Source of the DNA: Erysipelotrichaceae bacterium
GTDB lineage: Bacteria > Bacillota_I > Bacilli_A > Erysipelotrichales > Erysipelotrichaceae
DNA: 32,000 nt
Reading direction: 5' to 3'
Assembly (NCBI GenBank): GCA_963676105.1
Contig: OY781039.1
Coordinates: forward strand, 360,001 to 392,000
Of this stretch, positions 7,413 through 19,938 are shown one piece after another. The notes beneath the pieces are model-generated. The model had not been told where the DNA came from. It searched no databases and saw nothing but the letters and a program-made list of their open reading frames with translations. Positions within the stretch are counted from its first letter, which is position 1, and each line of letters begins with the position of its first letter. The position numbers and the translations under genes are program-made.

Positions 7413-8813
7413 ATGTTAAATGATATCGCTGTTGTTGGAATGGCTGTAATGGGTAAAAACCTAGCTTTAAATATTGCAGATCACGGTTTTAAAACAGTTA
7501 TTTATAATCGTACAACTGAAGTCACAAAAGAAGTTCTAAAAGAAAATCCACATGAAAACATGGTAGGAGCTTTTAGTTTAGAAGAAATGGTTAGTTTATT
7601 AGCTAAACCACGTAAAGTTATTCTAATGATTAAAGCAGGCGCAGCAGTTGATAAAGTCATTGATTCACTTGTACCACTCTTAGATAAAGAAGATATTGTC
7701 ATTGATGCGGGTAATTCATTTTATGAAGATACGATTCGTCGCGAAAACGATTTAAGAGAAAAAGGTTTAAACTTCATAGGCATGGGTGTGTCAGGAGGTG
7801 AGGTTGGTGCGCGATTTGGACCTTCAATCATGCCAGGTGGAGATGAATCTGCCCACTTTCAAGTTAAACCAATCTTAGAAGCGATTGCGGCACAAGCAGA
7901 AGGTGAAGCATGTACGACTTATATTGGAAAAGATGGTGCTGGTCATTATGTAAAAATGGTTCACAACGGAATTGAATATGGTGATATGCAACTTATTGCT
8001 GAAAGTTATGATGTCTTAAAACAAATTGGTGGTAAATCTAACGCTGACTTACATCAAATTTTTAGTGAATGGAATAAAGGTGAACTGAATTCTTATTTAA
8101 TTGAAATCACAACGGACATCTTTAAGACAAAAGATGATTTAAGTGATAAAGATATCATTGATGTGATTAAAGATACAGCGGGTCAAAAGGGTACCGGTAA
8201 ATGGACATCTAAAGAATCCATGGATTATGGTGAAGCCACGTCTGTAATCACTTCTGCTGTTTATCAAAGATATATTTCATCTAATCGTGACTTAAGATTA
8301 AAAGCTGAAGGTATCTTAGCTAAAAATGCGATTGAAACACAAACAGATGGTTTAGTTGAAAAAGTGCGTAAAGCTTTATATTTATCTAAGGTTATTTCAT
8401 ATGCGCAAGGTTTTGCCTTATTAAAAGCTGCTTCAATTGATCATGATTGGAATTTAGATTTTGAAAATATTGCGAAGATCTTTAGAGGTGGATGTATTAT
8501 TCGTGCTCAATTCTTAAATGACATTTCAAAGGCTTATAAGAATGATAAAGATTTGGAAAACTTATTATTTGAACCTTATTTTACAAAGATAGCTGAAGAA
8601 TCAATATCTGCATTAAGAGAAGTGGTTTCATTAGCAGCTTTAAATGGTGTACCTACATTAGCCTTTAGTTCTGCACTCGCTTATTATGATGCTTTACGTA
8701 GTTCAAAACTTTCAACTAATCTTATTCAAGCTCAACGTGATTACTTTGGGGCTCATACTTATGAGCGTTTAGATAAAGATGGTTTCTTCCACTTTGAAAA
8801 GTGGGGTCAATAA
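7413..8813 (+). CDS. gnd: 6-phosphogluconate dehydrogenase, decarboxylating
   Basis: 'IAVVGMAVMGKNLALNIADHGF', 'GAGHYVKMVHNGIEYGDMQLIAE' and 'QRDYFGAHTYER' are present. SD AGAGGAA lies upstream. Confidence 0.95.
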   Translation: MLNDIAVVGMAVMGKNLALNIADHGFKTVIYNRTTEVTKEVLKENPHENMVGAFSLEEMVSLLAKPRKVILMIKAGAAVDKVIDSLVPLLDKEDIVIDAGNSFYEDTIRRENDLREKGLNFIGMGVSGGEVGARFGPSIMPGGDESAHFQVKPILEAIAAQAEGEACTTYIGKDGAGHYVKMVHNGIEYGDMQLIAESYDVLKQIGGKSNADLHQIFSEWNKGELNSYLIEITTDIFKTKDDLSDKDIIDVIKDTAGQKGTGKWTSKESMDYGEATSVITSAVYQRYISSNRDLRLKAEGILAKNAIETQTDGLVEKVRKALYLSKVISYAQGFALLKAASIDHDWNLDFENIAKIFRGGCIIRAQFLNDISKAYKNDKDLENLLFEPYFTKIAEESISALREVVSLAALNGVPTLAFSSALAYYDALRSSKLSTNLIQAQRDYFGAHTYERLDKDGFFHFEKWGQ

Positions 8814-10237
8814 TGAAACAGCCATCCTTAGTCTTCACGATTTTTGGGTCTACTGGGGATTTAACGTATCGCAAACTTATTCCAGCGCTTTATCATTTGG
8901 AAAAAAGGGATTTGTTAGCGGATGATTTTCAAATTCGCTGTATTGGTCGTCGTGACTATTCTCAAGAGGATTATATTGAAAAAATTATCCCATGGTTAGA
9001 AAAACAAAGTCGTTTTAAAATTCATGAAGACCTAATTCAAAAGTTTATTAAACGAATACAATACATCAAAATGGAATTTACCCAATTAGATGCCTATGAT
9101 GTTTTAAAATCTTATCCGGCGGGTCTAGATAATTTATATTACTTTGCGGTTGCGCCAGAGTTTTTTGGCTTGATTGCGCAACATCTACATGACTCTTCTT
9201 ATTTATCTTTAGGTGAACATAGAGTTATTTTAGAAAAGCCATTTGGTGATTCATTGGCTCATGCGAAAGAAGTTCATGAGACAATTTCGAATATTTTTAA
9301 AGCTGAGAATATTTATCATATTGATCATTATTTGGGTAAAGAAATGATTCAAAATATTTTAGCCATTCGTTTTACAAATCGCTTATTTAAATCAACGTGG
9401 AATCGAAATGATATTGAAGCCATTCAAATAACAGTAGCTGAAGTGGTTGGTGTTGAGACACGTGGTCATTATTATGAACAGTCAGGTGCATTAAAAGATA
9501 TGGTTCAAAACCATTTACTACAAATGTTGTCCTACCTCATTATCGATGAACCTGATGATTTAAGTTCTAATGAATTAGATAAAAAGCAACTTGAAGCTTT
9601 AAAATCTCTCGTTATTGATGATTTGGTTTTAGCTCAATATGATAAGGGTGAAAGTGGAGTGGCTTATGTAGACGAGAAGAATGTCGCAAATGATTCACAA
9701 ATTGAAACATATGCAGCAGTTCGTGCCCATTTATTATCTGGTTCACTCAAAGATGTACCAATCTTTTTAAGAACAGGTAAGCGTTTAAGTCATAAGGCAA
9801 CCTATATAAAAGTTATCTTTAAAAAGACGGGTCACAGTCTTTATCCTCATGAAACAAATGAAGTTTTAACGATTAAAGTACAACCTGATGAAGGGGTAAG
9901 TTTAAGTTTTAATGCGAAAAAACCTGGGACACTAAGTAGTATTGATCAGGTAAAAATGGATTTCTGTCAATCATGCATTATTGAAAACAGAATTAATACA
10001 CCCGAAGCCTATGAAAGACTATTAGATGATGCCTTTAGACATGATCGTAGTTTATTTACGCCATGGGAAATGGTGGAACTTGGCTGGACTTATGGTGAAG
10101 AGATGAATCAAATCAAAAAGGATCGAAAATTAAGCCTACATAAATATCAAAGTGGAACACGTGGTCCAAAAGCAGCTGATGAATTATGTGAAAAGTTTCA
10201 GCTAGAGTGGCTAGACGAAGACGAATATTCGTATTAA
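8813..10237 (+). CDS. zwf: Glucose-6-phosphate 1-dehydrogenase
   Basis: 'IFGSTGDLTYRKLIPALY', 'EKPFG' and 'HIDHYLGKEMIQNI' are present. ATG 8813 overlaps the gnd stop (TAATG). The track start at GTG 8801 is also possible. Confidence 0.92.
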   Translation: MKQPSLVFTIFGSTGDLTYRKLIPALYHLEKRDLLADDFQIRCIGRRDYSQEDYIEKIIPWLEKQSRFKIHEDLIQKFIKRIQYIKMEFTQLDAYDVLKSYPAGLDNLYYFAVAPEFFGLIAQHLHDSSYLSLGEHRVILEKPFGDSLAHAKEVHETISNIFKAENIYHIDHYLGKEMIQNILAIRFTNRLFKSTWNRNDIEAIQITVAEVVGVETRGHYYEQSGALKDMVQNHLLQMLSYLIIDEPDDLSSNELDKKQLEALKSLVIDDLVLAQYDKGESGVAYVDEKNVANDSQIETYAAVRAHLLSGSLKDVPIFLRTGKRLSHKATYIKVIFKKTGHSLYPHETNEVLTIKVQPDEGVSLSFNAKKPGTLSSIDQVKMDFCQSCIIENRINTPEAYERLLDDAFRHDRSLFTPWEMVELGWTYGEEMNQIKKDRKLSLHKYQSGTRGPKAADELCEKFQLEWLDEDEYSY

Positions 10238-10246
10238 ATTTAAAGT

Positions 10247-11134
10247 ATGATATTTGATCGAACTTTAGGAATCGCATTAAGTGGTGGGGGCATCAAAGCC
10301 TATGCGCAAGTTGGTGTATTAAGACGACTTAAAGAAAGCGATATAGAGTTTAGTGGATTTAGCGGGACAAGCATGGGCTCAATTGTCGCGACTTTGGCTG
10401 CTGCTGGTTTATCTGCAGATGATATGGAAGAAAGAATATTACGTGTAGAACATGAAATTATAGAACGTAAGTTATTAAATCCATCTAACGCTCAAGTATT
10501 TCCACTCATAACTCAAAGTATTACAGGATTAATTAACCCGAAAGAATTTAGAGGGCTTTTAGAAGCAGAATTAAAAGATTTAGGCTTAAAAAAAATGAGT
10601 GATATTAAATTGCCACTCACAATTGTCGCGGCAGATTTAAAATCGGGTGGTTTAGTTTATTTTACAAATCGTCCAAAGGCTTATAAAGCAAATAAATTTG
10701 AAACAATCTTCTCTGATGCGAATATCATTGATGCACTACAGGCATCTTGTTCATTCCCAATGGTTTTTGAAAACATGATGTATAAAGGTACTCAATTGGT
10801 TGATGGCGGAGTTTTAATGAACCTACCTGTAAAACCTTTAAGACAAATGGGTTTTGATCGTATATTTTCTATATCAATGGAAAACTTAGAACCTTTTAAA
10901 GAAAGTAAAAAAGTCACCGATATCGCCATGAGAATACTCGATATGTCGACTAATGATGCGACACGAAATAGTATTGCGATGAGTGACTATAATCTAAATG
11001 TATTTAATAAATCAATTGGTATTTTTAGTTTTGGTAAAGGCAAAGCTGCGATTGATTTAGGATACAAAGAAGCACAATCCGTTGTTGAAGATATAGAAGA
11101 AATAAAGATTGATTTAAGACGATTTAGAATCTAG
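10247..11134 (+). CDS. Patatin-like phospholipase
   Basis: Glycine-rich oxyanion motif 'LSGGGIKAY', nucleophile elbow 'GTSMGS' (GxSxG), and catalytic 'DGG' in 'LVDGGVLMNLP'. Confidence 0.85.
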   Translation: MIFDRTLGIALSGGGIKAYAQVGVLRRLKESDIEFSGFSGTSMGSIVATLAAAGLSADDMEERILRVEHEIIERKLLNPSNAQVFPLITQSITGLINPKEFRGLLEAELKDLGLKKMSDIKLPLTIVAADLKSGGLVYFTNRPKAYKANKFETIFSDANIIDALQASCSFPMVFENMMYKGTQLVDGGVLMNLPVKPLRQMGFDRIFSISMENLEPFKESKKVTDIAMRILDMSTNDATRNSIAMSDYNLNVFNKSIGIFSFGKGKAAIDLGYKEAQSVVEDIEEIKIDLRRFRI

Positions 11135-12091
11135 GTATTTGCGATGAAGGGTGATGATAGGTAAGTCTTTAATTTCACTTTCATCAAACCATTCAAAATT
11201 ATAATCTTCACTGACTTCAAGTTGATAAAAATCAACATCCCATATCTTATGTGAAAAGACATGTGTTAACTGCGTGTCTTTTTTAATTTTTTTGATATCA
11301 ATAGCTGTTTGTTGAACTTCAGGTAAACGATAGTAACCTTTCATTAAAGAATCATAATGATCTAAAGTTAATGCGATTTTCTTGTCTTTATTGATTAAAT
11401 ATAATACTGATTTGTGTTCATGTTTTTGTTTAAGCTTAGTTTTTACTTTAGGATAATCATTTACTTTGTCATTTTTATAAGCTAAACAATCTTTATTTAA
11501 AGGACAAATATCACATTGTGCTTTTTTATTACAAATTAAAGCACCTAATTCCATAATCGCTTGCGTTAAAATATGAGGCTTAACTTGATCCATCCATTTA
11601 ATGATGGTGTTATCAATTTCACTCATAAATGTTTTACCTTCGGAATCAAGCATAAATAATCGTGCTAATACTCGTTTAACATTTCCATCAATGGCTGCAC
11701 ATTTTTCATCAAAACAAATTGAAGCAATCGCACTTGCAGTATAAGGACCTATACCTGCTAGTTTTATGATTTCATCACGTGTTTGTGGAAATTTTGATTG
11801 ATGATTTGCTTGGATATCTTTAGCGGCTTTTTGAAGATTTCGTGCTCGAGAGTAATAACCTAAACCTTCCCATGCCTTTAAGATGTCTTCTTCTTTTGCA
11901 TTGGCAACATCATCAATACTTTTAAATTGATTCATCCAATTGATATAGTAAGGGATTAAGGTATCGATTTGAGTTTGTTGAGCCATAATCTCTGAAACCC
12001 ATATACGATAAGGTTCTCTGTTTTCTCTAAATATAAGTGGTCTTTGGTTTTCTAAATACCATTTTTCTAAGTGTTTTTCTATTTTAGACAT
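11114..12091 (-). CDS. mutY: A/G-specific adenine DNA glycosylase
   Basis: 'VSEIMAQQTQIDTLIPYY', an HhH-GPD region, an Fe-S loop 'CNKKAQCDICPLNKDC' and a C-terminal NUDIX-like domain. I chose ATG 12091 ('MSKIEKHLEKWY'). The track start at 12166 would run through a terminator-like hairpin. Confidence 0.9.
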   Translation of the reverse strand: MSKIEKHLEKWYLENQRPLIFRENREPYRIWVSEIMAQQTQIDTLIPYYINWMNQFKSIDDVANAKEEDILKAWEGLGYYSRARNLQKAAKDIQANHQSKFPQTRDEIIKLAGIGPYTASAIASICFDEKCAAIDGNVKRVLARLFMLDSEGKTFMSEIDNTIIKWMDQVKPHILTQAIMELGALICNKKAQCDICPLNKDCLAYKNDKVNDYPKVKTKLKQKHEHKSVLYLINKDKKIALTLDHYDSLMKGYYRLPEVQQTAIDIKKIKKDTQLTHVFSHKIWDVDFYQLEVSEDYNFEWFDESEIKDLPIITLHRKYLDSKSS

Positions 12092-12115
12092 GGCTCTATT
12101 ATACATAAGAAAATA

Positions 12116-12138
12116 AAAAGCGAGAGTCACTCGCTTTT
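12116..12138 (-). terminator. Terminator-like hairpin upstream of mutY
   Basis: AAAAGCGAG (12116-12124), loop AGTCA, CTCGCTTTT (12130-12138). On the minus strand it is followed by TTTTTATTTTC. No coding gene ends here on either strand. Confidence 0.4.
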
Positions 12139-12319
12139 CATCATTATTCGATAAACCAATTAACATGGAGGGATATGAAGAGATTCAAAGGTTTATCGTT
12201 AGGTTTACTTTTTTAACCTTGTCTAAATTATAAACTGTTTAATAAAATGATATGTGTTAGCAAAGTGAAAGATTTTGTCTAAAATGTGTTAGAATACACA
12301 AGTTAAAGAGGAATTATAT

Positions 12320-15282
<2,963 letters not shown>

Positions 15283-16302
15283 ATGAAGACATCAGATTTT
15301 GATTTTGATTTACCAAAAGATAAAATAGCGCAATTTCCGCTCAAAGACAGAAGTAGTTCAAAACTACTTGTTTTAAATCGCGGCAATGATTCAATTGAGC
15401 ATAAACATTTTTATGATGTTTTAGACTATCTAAAACAAGGTGATGTTTTAGTCTTAAATGAATCACGTGTTTTACCTGCTCGTCTTTTTGGTTTGAAAGA
15501 GGGTACTGGTGCTCATATTGAATTATTAATATTAGATACCAATCATCAAATTGAAGCAATGGTAAGAAATGCACGAGCTGTTAAAATAGGTACAATAGTT
15601 AATTTTGGTGATGGAAAGCTTAGACTTGAATGCACTAAAATCTTAGAGAATGGTTTACGTCATTTTAAAATGATTAGTAATGGACTATTCTTAGAAATTT
15701 TAAATGAATTAGGGGTTATGCCATTACCGCCTTATATAAAAGAAAAATTAGAAGATCCAGAACGCTATCAAACTGTTTATGCGAAAGAATTAGGCTCTGC
15801 AGCAGCGCCTACAGCGGGTTTACACTTTACCCCTGATCTACTTAAGAAAATTGAAGAAAAGGGCGTAGAAATCGTTAAAATTGTATTACATGTCGGCTTA
15901 GGTACGTTTAAGCCGGTAGATGTTGATGATGTATCCAATCATGTGATGCATACCGAACATTATCAAGTATCTAAAGCAAGTGCTGATGCATTAAATAAGG
16001 CAAAGGCAGAAAACAGACGAATTATTGCGGTTGGGACAACAAGTGTCAGAACGCTAGAATCACAAATGCAAAAACATGGAAAATTTGTGGAAGAGTTTAG
16101 TGATACCAATATCTTTATTACCCCTGGGTATGGCTTTAAAGCTGTGGATACATTAATCACTAATTTTCATTTACCAAAAAGTACACTTGTGATGTTGGTG
16201 AGTGCATTCTATGATAAAGAAAAAGTCTTAAATGCATACCAAGTTGCGATAGAGAATGATTATCGTTTCTTTAGCTTTGGTGATGCGATGTTAATTCTAT
16301 GA
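15283..16302 (+). CDS. queA: S-adenosylmethionine:tRNA ribosyltransferase-isomerase
   Basis: 'FDFDLPKDKIAQFP', 'LPPYI', 'GLHFT' and 'AVGTTSVRTLES' are present. The ATG immediately follows the tgt stop. Confidence 0.95.
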   Translation: MKTSDFDFDLPKDKIAQFPLKDRSSSKLLVLNRGNDSIEHKHFYDVLDYLKQGDVLVLNESRVLPARLFGLKEGTGAHIELLILDTNHQIEAMVRNARAVKIGTIVNFGDGKLRLECTKILENGLRHFKMISNGLFLEILNELGVMPLPPYIKEKLEDPERYQTVYAKELGSAAAPTAGLHFTPDLLKKIEEKGVEIVKIVLHVGLGTFKPVDVDDVSNHVMHTEHYQVSKASADALNKAKAENRRIIAVGTTSVRTLESQMQKHGKFVEEFSDTNIFITPGYGFKAVDTLITNFHLPKSTLVMLVSAFYDKEKVLNAYQVAIENDYRFFSFGDAMLIL

Positions 16303-16946
16303 AAAATAAAGAACCACAAAACACTCGTCAATGGGAACTTCAAGAAATTGAACATGTAAAGTCATTAGGCTATAAACCTAAACTTTTGATGCAGTCATGT
16401 TGTGCGGTATGTAATGCTTGGCCACTTGAATATCTACATGAGATTTTTGATATAACACTTTACTACAACAACTCAAATATTTATCCGGCTGAAGAGTATG
16501 AAAATCGTTTAGGGGAACTTAGAAGATATGTGGAATTCTTTAATGAGAAATATCAATCTAATATACAAATTGTAGACGAACCCTATGATTATGAATCTTA
16601 TAAATCGATTTTCTTAGAAAAAAGAAAAGATGATAAAGAAGGCAGACAAAGATGTGGGATGTGTTATGCACTTCGTATTACACAAGCACTAAAGTATGCA
16701 GATACTCATGGCTTTGAATATGTGACAACTGTTATGACGATATCACGTCAAAAAAGTTCAAAGAAAATCAATGAAATCGCAACTCGTTTAGCCAAGGGAT
16801 ATCCTAATATCAAATATTTCTTCTCTGATTTTAAAAAAGCGAATGGTTTAAATTTCAGCATTAATATTGCGAAGGATTTAGGCATTTATCGGCAAGAGTA
16901 TTGTGGTTGTGAGTTTTCCATCTATGATAGACATTATGAAGTGTGA
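16299..16946 (+). CDS. queH: Epoxyqueuosine reductase QueH (DUF208)
   Basis: Cys motifs 'SCCAVCNAWPLE', 'RCGMCYALR' and 'EYCGCEFS' are typical of QueH. An ATGA overlap joins it to queA. Confidence 0.85.
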   Translation: MKNKEPQNTRQWELQEIEHVKSLGYKPKLLMQSCCAVCNAWPLEYLHEIFDITLYYNNSNIYPAEEYENRLGELRRYVEFFNEKYQSNIQIVDEPYDYESYKSIFLEKRKDDKEGRQRCGMCYALRITQALKYADTHGFEYVTTVMTISRQKSSKKINEIATRLAKGYPNIKYFFSDFKKANGLNFSINIAKDLGIYRQEYCGCEFSIYDRHYEV

Positions 16947-16980
16947 TTGATTAATTTTTTGTCTTTGATATACTATATTT

Positions 16981-17206
16981 TGTAAAAACACAAAAAACAG
17001 AAAAAAAGACTTACTGGGTCATATAGAAAGTTTTGGGTCGATGAAACAAAACCAAAGGTAAGGGATAAGTCATTCTGAATTGTTGAACACTGAAAAAAGT
17101 AGGTGTTTCCGTAAACTATGCGTTAAATAGTCTAGAGCTTAAGTTATTTAAGAAATCTAAGGTGGTACCACGTTTAATTAAACGTCCTTGAACTGCCTTT
17201 TTTTAT
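16981..17206 (+). promoter_or_regulatory. T-box riboswitch leader, valine-specific (valS)
   Basis: The promoter is TTGATT (16947-52), 16 nt, then TGATATACT (16966-74).
Stem I has these parts:
- CAGAA 16998-17002 pairs with TTCTG 17073-77.
- CTTAC 17010-14 pairs with GTAAG 17058-62.
- The AG bulge is AGAAA at 17025-29.
- The distal helix is GTTTTG 17030-35 with CAAAAC 17047-52, closed by loop GGUCGAUGAAA.
- The specifier is GUC (17069-71) followed by A.
Downstream elements:
- An F-box-like ATGCGTTAAAT lies at 17118-28.
- The T-box core AATCTAAGGTGGTACCACG lies at 17154-72.
- The antiterminator pairs AAGG with CCTT.
- The terminator pairs AAGGTGG 17159-65 with CTGCCTT 17193-99 and runs into a T-run ending at 17204. 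Confidence 0.9.
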
Positions 17207-17217
17207 TGGAGGAAGCT

Positions 17218-19785
17218 ATGAAAAATATCTTAGAAAACAAATACAACAGTAGCAATGTTGAAGATGGACAATATCTATCATGGATTAAAGAAGGGCATTT
17301 TGAAGCCAATGATCCGGATAAAAAACCATTTACAATTGTTATTCCACCACCAAATGTAACGGGTAAACTTCATTTAGGACATGCATGGGATGTATCTTTA
17401 CAAGATATCATTGCGCGTTTTAAACGTATGCAAGGTTTTGATATGTTGTGGTTACCAGGGATGGATCATGCCGGTATCGCAACCCAAGCTAAGGTTGATG
17501 CACGTTTAAAAGAAAGTGGGATTTCTCGTTATGATATTGGACGTGAAGCTTTCTTAGATAAAGCGTGGGAATGGAAAGAAGAATACGCTCGACACATTCG
17601 TGCTCAATGGGGCAAGATGGGTCTTTCACTTGATTATTCACGTGAGCGTTTTACATTGGATGATGGTTTAAACAAAGCGGTTAATAAAGTCTTTATTGAT
17701 CTTTACAATAAAGGACTTATCTATCGTGGTACACGTCCTATAAATTGGGATCCTGCTGCCCAAACAGCTTTAAGTAATATTGAAGTTATTCATAGAACTG
17801 AACAAGGTAAAATGTACTACCTTAAATACTTCTTTGAGGATGATCCAAGTAAATATTTAGAAATAGCGACCACGCGTCTTGAAACACTGGCTTCAGACAC
17901 AGCTGTTGTCGTACATCCTGATGATGATCGTTATAAAGACATTGTTGGCAAAAGAGTTATAACACCATTTAGAAAAGAAGCCGTTCCAATCATTACTGAT
18001 GAATATATCGATATGGAATTTGGTTCAGGGGCAATGAAATGTAGTGCCCATGGTAATGGTGACTATGAAATTTTAATTAAGAATAATCTTCCAGTACGTG
18101 AATCAATTAATCCTGATGGTCTTTTAAATGAGCATGCGATGGAATTTGAAGGCATGGATCGTGTGACTGGACGTCTTGCGATTGCTGAAAAACTCATCAA
18201 AGAAGGTTTAATGGTTAGAGTTGAAGATCACACCCATGAAGTGGGTCATTCTGAGCGTACAGACGCTGTTGTTGAAGTTATGGTTATGCCGCAATGGTTT
18301 GTTAAGATGGAACCTTTAGCTCAACAAGTTTTAGAATGGCAGAAAGATCCCGAAAACAAAGTTAACTTTGTGCCAGATCGTTTTGAAAGCATTCTCACAA
18401 ATTGGATGAGTAATATCCAGGACTGGTGTGTATCTCGTCAAATTTGGTGGGGTCATCGTATTCCTGCTTGGTATAAAAATGATGAAGTAAAAGTTCAAGT
18501 AGAGTGTCCAGGTGATGGTTGGCATCAAGATGAAGATGTCTTGGATACTTGGTTCTCTAGTGCATTATGGCCATTTAGTACACTTGGTTGGCCGGAGAAA
18601 ACAGAGGATGTTGCTCGTTTCTTCCCAACGGATGTACTTGTTACTGGTTATGACATTATTTTCTTCTGGGTATCTCGTATGGTTTTCCAATCGATAGAAT
18701 TTATGCATGATCGTCCGTTTAAACATGTTTTAATTCATGGATTAATTCGTGATAGTGAAGGTCGCAAGATGTCTAAATCTTTAGGTAATGGGGTTGATCC
18801 GATGGATGTCATTGATCAGTATGGGGCAGATGCACTTCGTTTCTTCTTGACGACTAATTCTGCACCTGGTTTAGATCTTCGATATTCAGAAGAAAAAATG
18901 GATGCTGCATGGAATTTTATAAATAAACTTTGGAATGCATCAAGATTTGTCTTAATGAACACAGATGAGTCATTTGAGCCTAAGCAATTAAAAGTTGAAG
19001 ATTTATCTGCCATTGATTTATGGATAAGTGAGCGCTTTGATGAAACCTTAGAAAAAGTAACTGCCGCAATGGAAAAATTTGAATTCTCACTAGCTGGTGG
19101 TTTCCTATATGATTTTGTATGGAATGATTATTGTTCTTGGTATATCGAATTATCAAAAGCTAACTTAAACTCTGATGATGAAAAACTTAAAGAGGGTACA
19201 AAACAAACCTTAGTTTCAGTACTCCGAAATATTCTTAAACTATTACATCCATCTATTCCTTTTGTCACAGAAAAGATCTTTGAAAACTTTGAAGAGGGAG
19301 CGTTATGTATTCAATCATGGCCAAGTGCCTATGGGTTTAATAATGAAGCAGCTTTAAAAGATGTTTCTGAACTCATCTCTTTAGTAAGTGATATTCGTGC
19401 GCTACGTACAGAGTATGATATTAAACCTTCTCAACCTTTAGAAATTAGCTTATCAAATACTGAATTCAATTTTAATGATTACTTAGAAAAACTTGTTAAA
19501 ACAAGTGTTTCAGCTTCGATTGAAGGTGAACTAATGGTACGCCCAATCGCTGGTGGATCATATTCTATTGATGGTTCTAAGTTAATTGATAAAGATGCTG
19601 AAAAAGCACGTTTAGAAAAAGATTTAAAACGTTTAACGGGTGAAATTAAACGAAGTGAAGGCATGTTGAATAATCCTAAGTTTGTCAATAATGCACCAGC
19701 TGCAAAATTAGATGAAGAAAAATCTAAATATGAGGAATATAAACGACAATTTGAAATCGTTACTGAAGCACTCAAAAAACTATAA
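17218..19785 (+). CDS. valS: Valine--tRNA ligase
   Basis: HIGH motif 'PPPNVTGKLHLGHA', 'KMSKSLGN' and a C-terminal coiled coil. SD GGAGG lies at 17208-12. The track start at 17188 lies inside the T-box terminator. Confidence 0.95.
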   Translation: MKNILENKYNSSNVEDGQYLSWIKEGHFEANDPDKKPFTIVIPPPNVTGKLHLGHAWDVSLQDIIARFKRMQGFDMLWLPGMDHAGIATQAKVDARLKESGISRYDIGREAFLDKAWEWKEEYARHIRAQWGKMGLSLDYSRERFTLDDGLNKAVNKVFIDLYNKGLIYRGTRPINWDPAAQTALSNIEVIHRTEQGKMYYLKYFFEDDPSKYLEIATTRLETLASDTAVVVHPDDDRYKDIVGKRVITPFRKEAVPIITDEYIDMEFGSGAMKCSAHGNGDYEILIKNNLPVRESINPDGLLNEHAMEFEGMDRVTGRLAIAEKLIKEGLMVRVEDHTHEVGHSERTDAVVEVMVMPQWFVKMEPLAQQVLEWQKDPENKVNFVPDRFESILTNWMSNIQDWCVSRQIWWGHRIPAWYKNDEVKVQVECPGDGWHQDEDVLDTWFSSALWPFSTLGWPEKTEDVARFFPTDVLVTGYDIIFFWVSRMVFQSIEFMHDRPFKHVLIHGLIRDSEGRKMSKSLGNGVDPMDVIDQYGADALRFFLTTNSAPGLDLRYSEEKMDAAWNFINKLWNASRFVLMNTDESFEPKQLKVEDLSAIDLWISERFDETLEKVTAAMEKFEFSLAGGFLYDFVWNDYCSWYIELSKANLNSDDEKLKEGTKQTLVSVLRNILKLLHPSIPFVTEKIFENFEEGALCIQSWPSAYGFNNEAALKDVSELISLVSDIRALRTEYDIKPSQPLEISLSNTEFNFNDYLEKLVKTSVSASIEGELMVRPIAGGSYSIDGSKLIDKDAEKARLEKDLKRLTGEIKRSEGMLNNPKFVNNAPAAKLDEEKSKYEEYKRQFEIVTEALKKL

Positions 19786-19793
19786 ACACAGAA

Positions 19794-19818
19794 GAGGACT
19801 ATTGTCCTTTTCTTTTTG
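19794..19818 (+). terminator. Intrinsic terminator
   Basis: AGGAC (19795-99), loop TATT, GTCCT (19804-08), then TTTTCTTTTT. Confidence 0.7.
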
Positions 19819-19938
19819 TCTAAAGCTTAAAAAATAAAAAAAACAAATGTGAAAAAACACTGATTCAATTGTAAGAACATGGCATTCTCTAGTATAATGA
19901 AAACGCTTAGATTTTTGTTTTACACAATAGGAGGACAC

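Noticed and set aside
17188-17217. N-terminal extensions in the ORF track (valS 17188, ppdK 19879, mutY 12166, cupin 2489, dipeptidase 28613, ald 25151, HAD 4035, hpf 29709)
   Set aside because: The extensions run through T-box terminators, hairpins or promoters, and they start at non-ATG or SD-less codons. Internal ATGs have good SD spacing and give family-typical N-termini.
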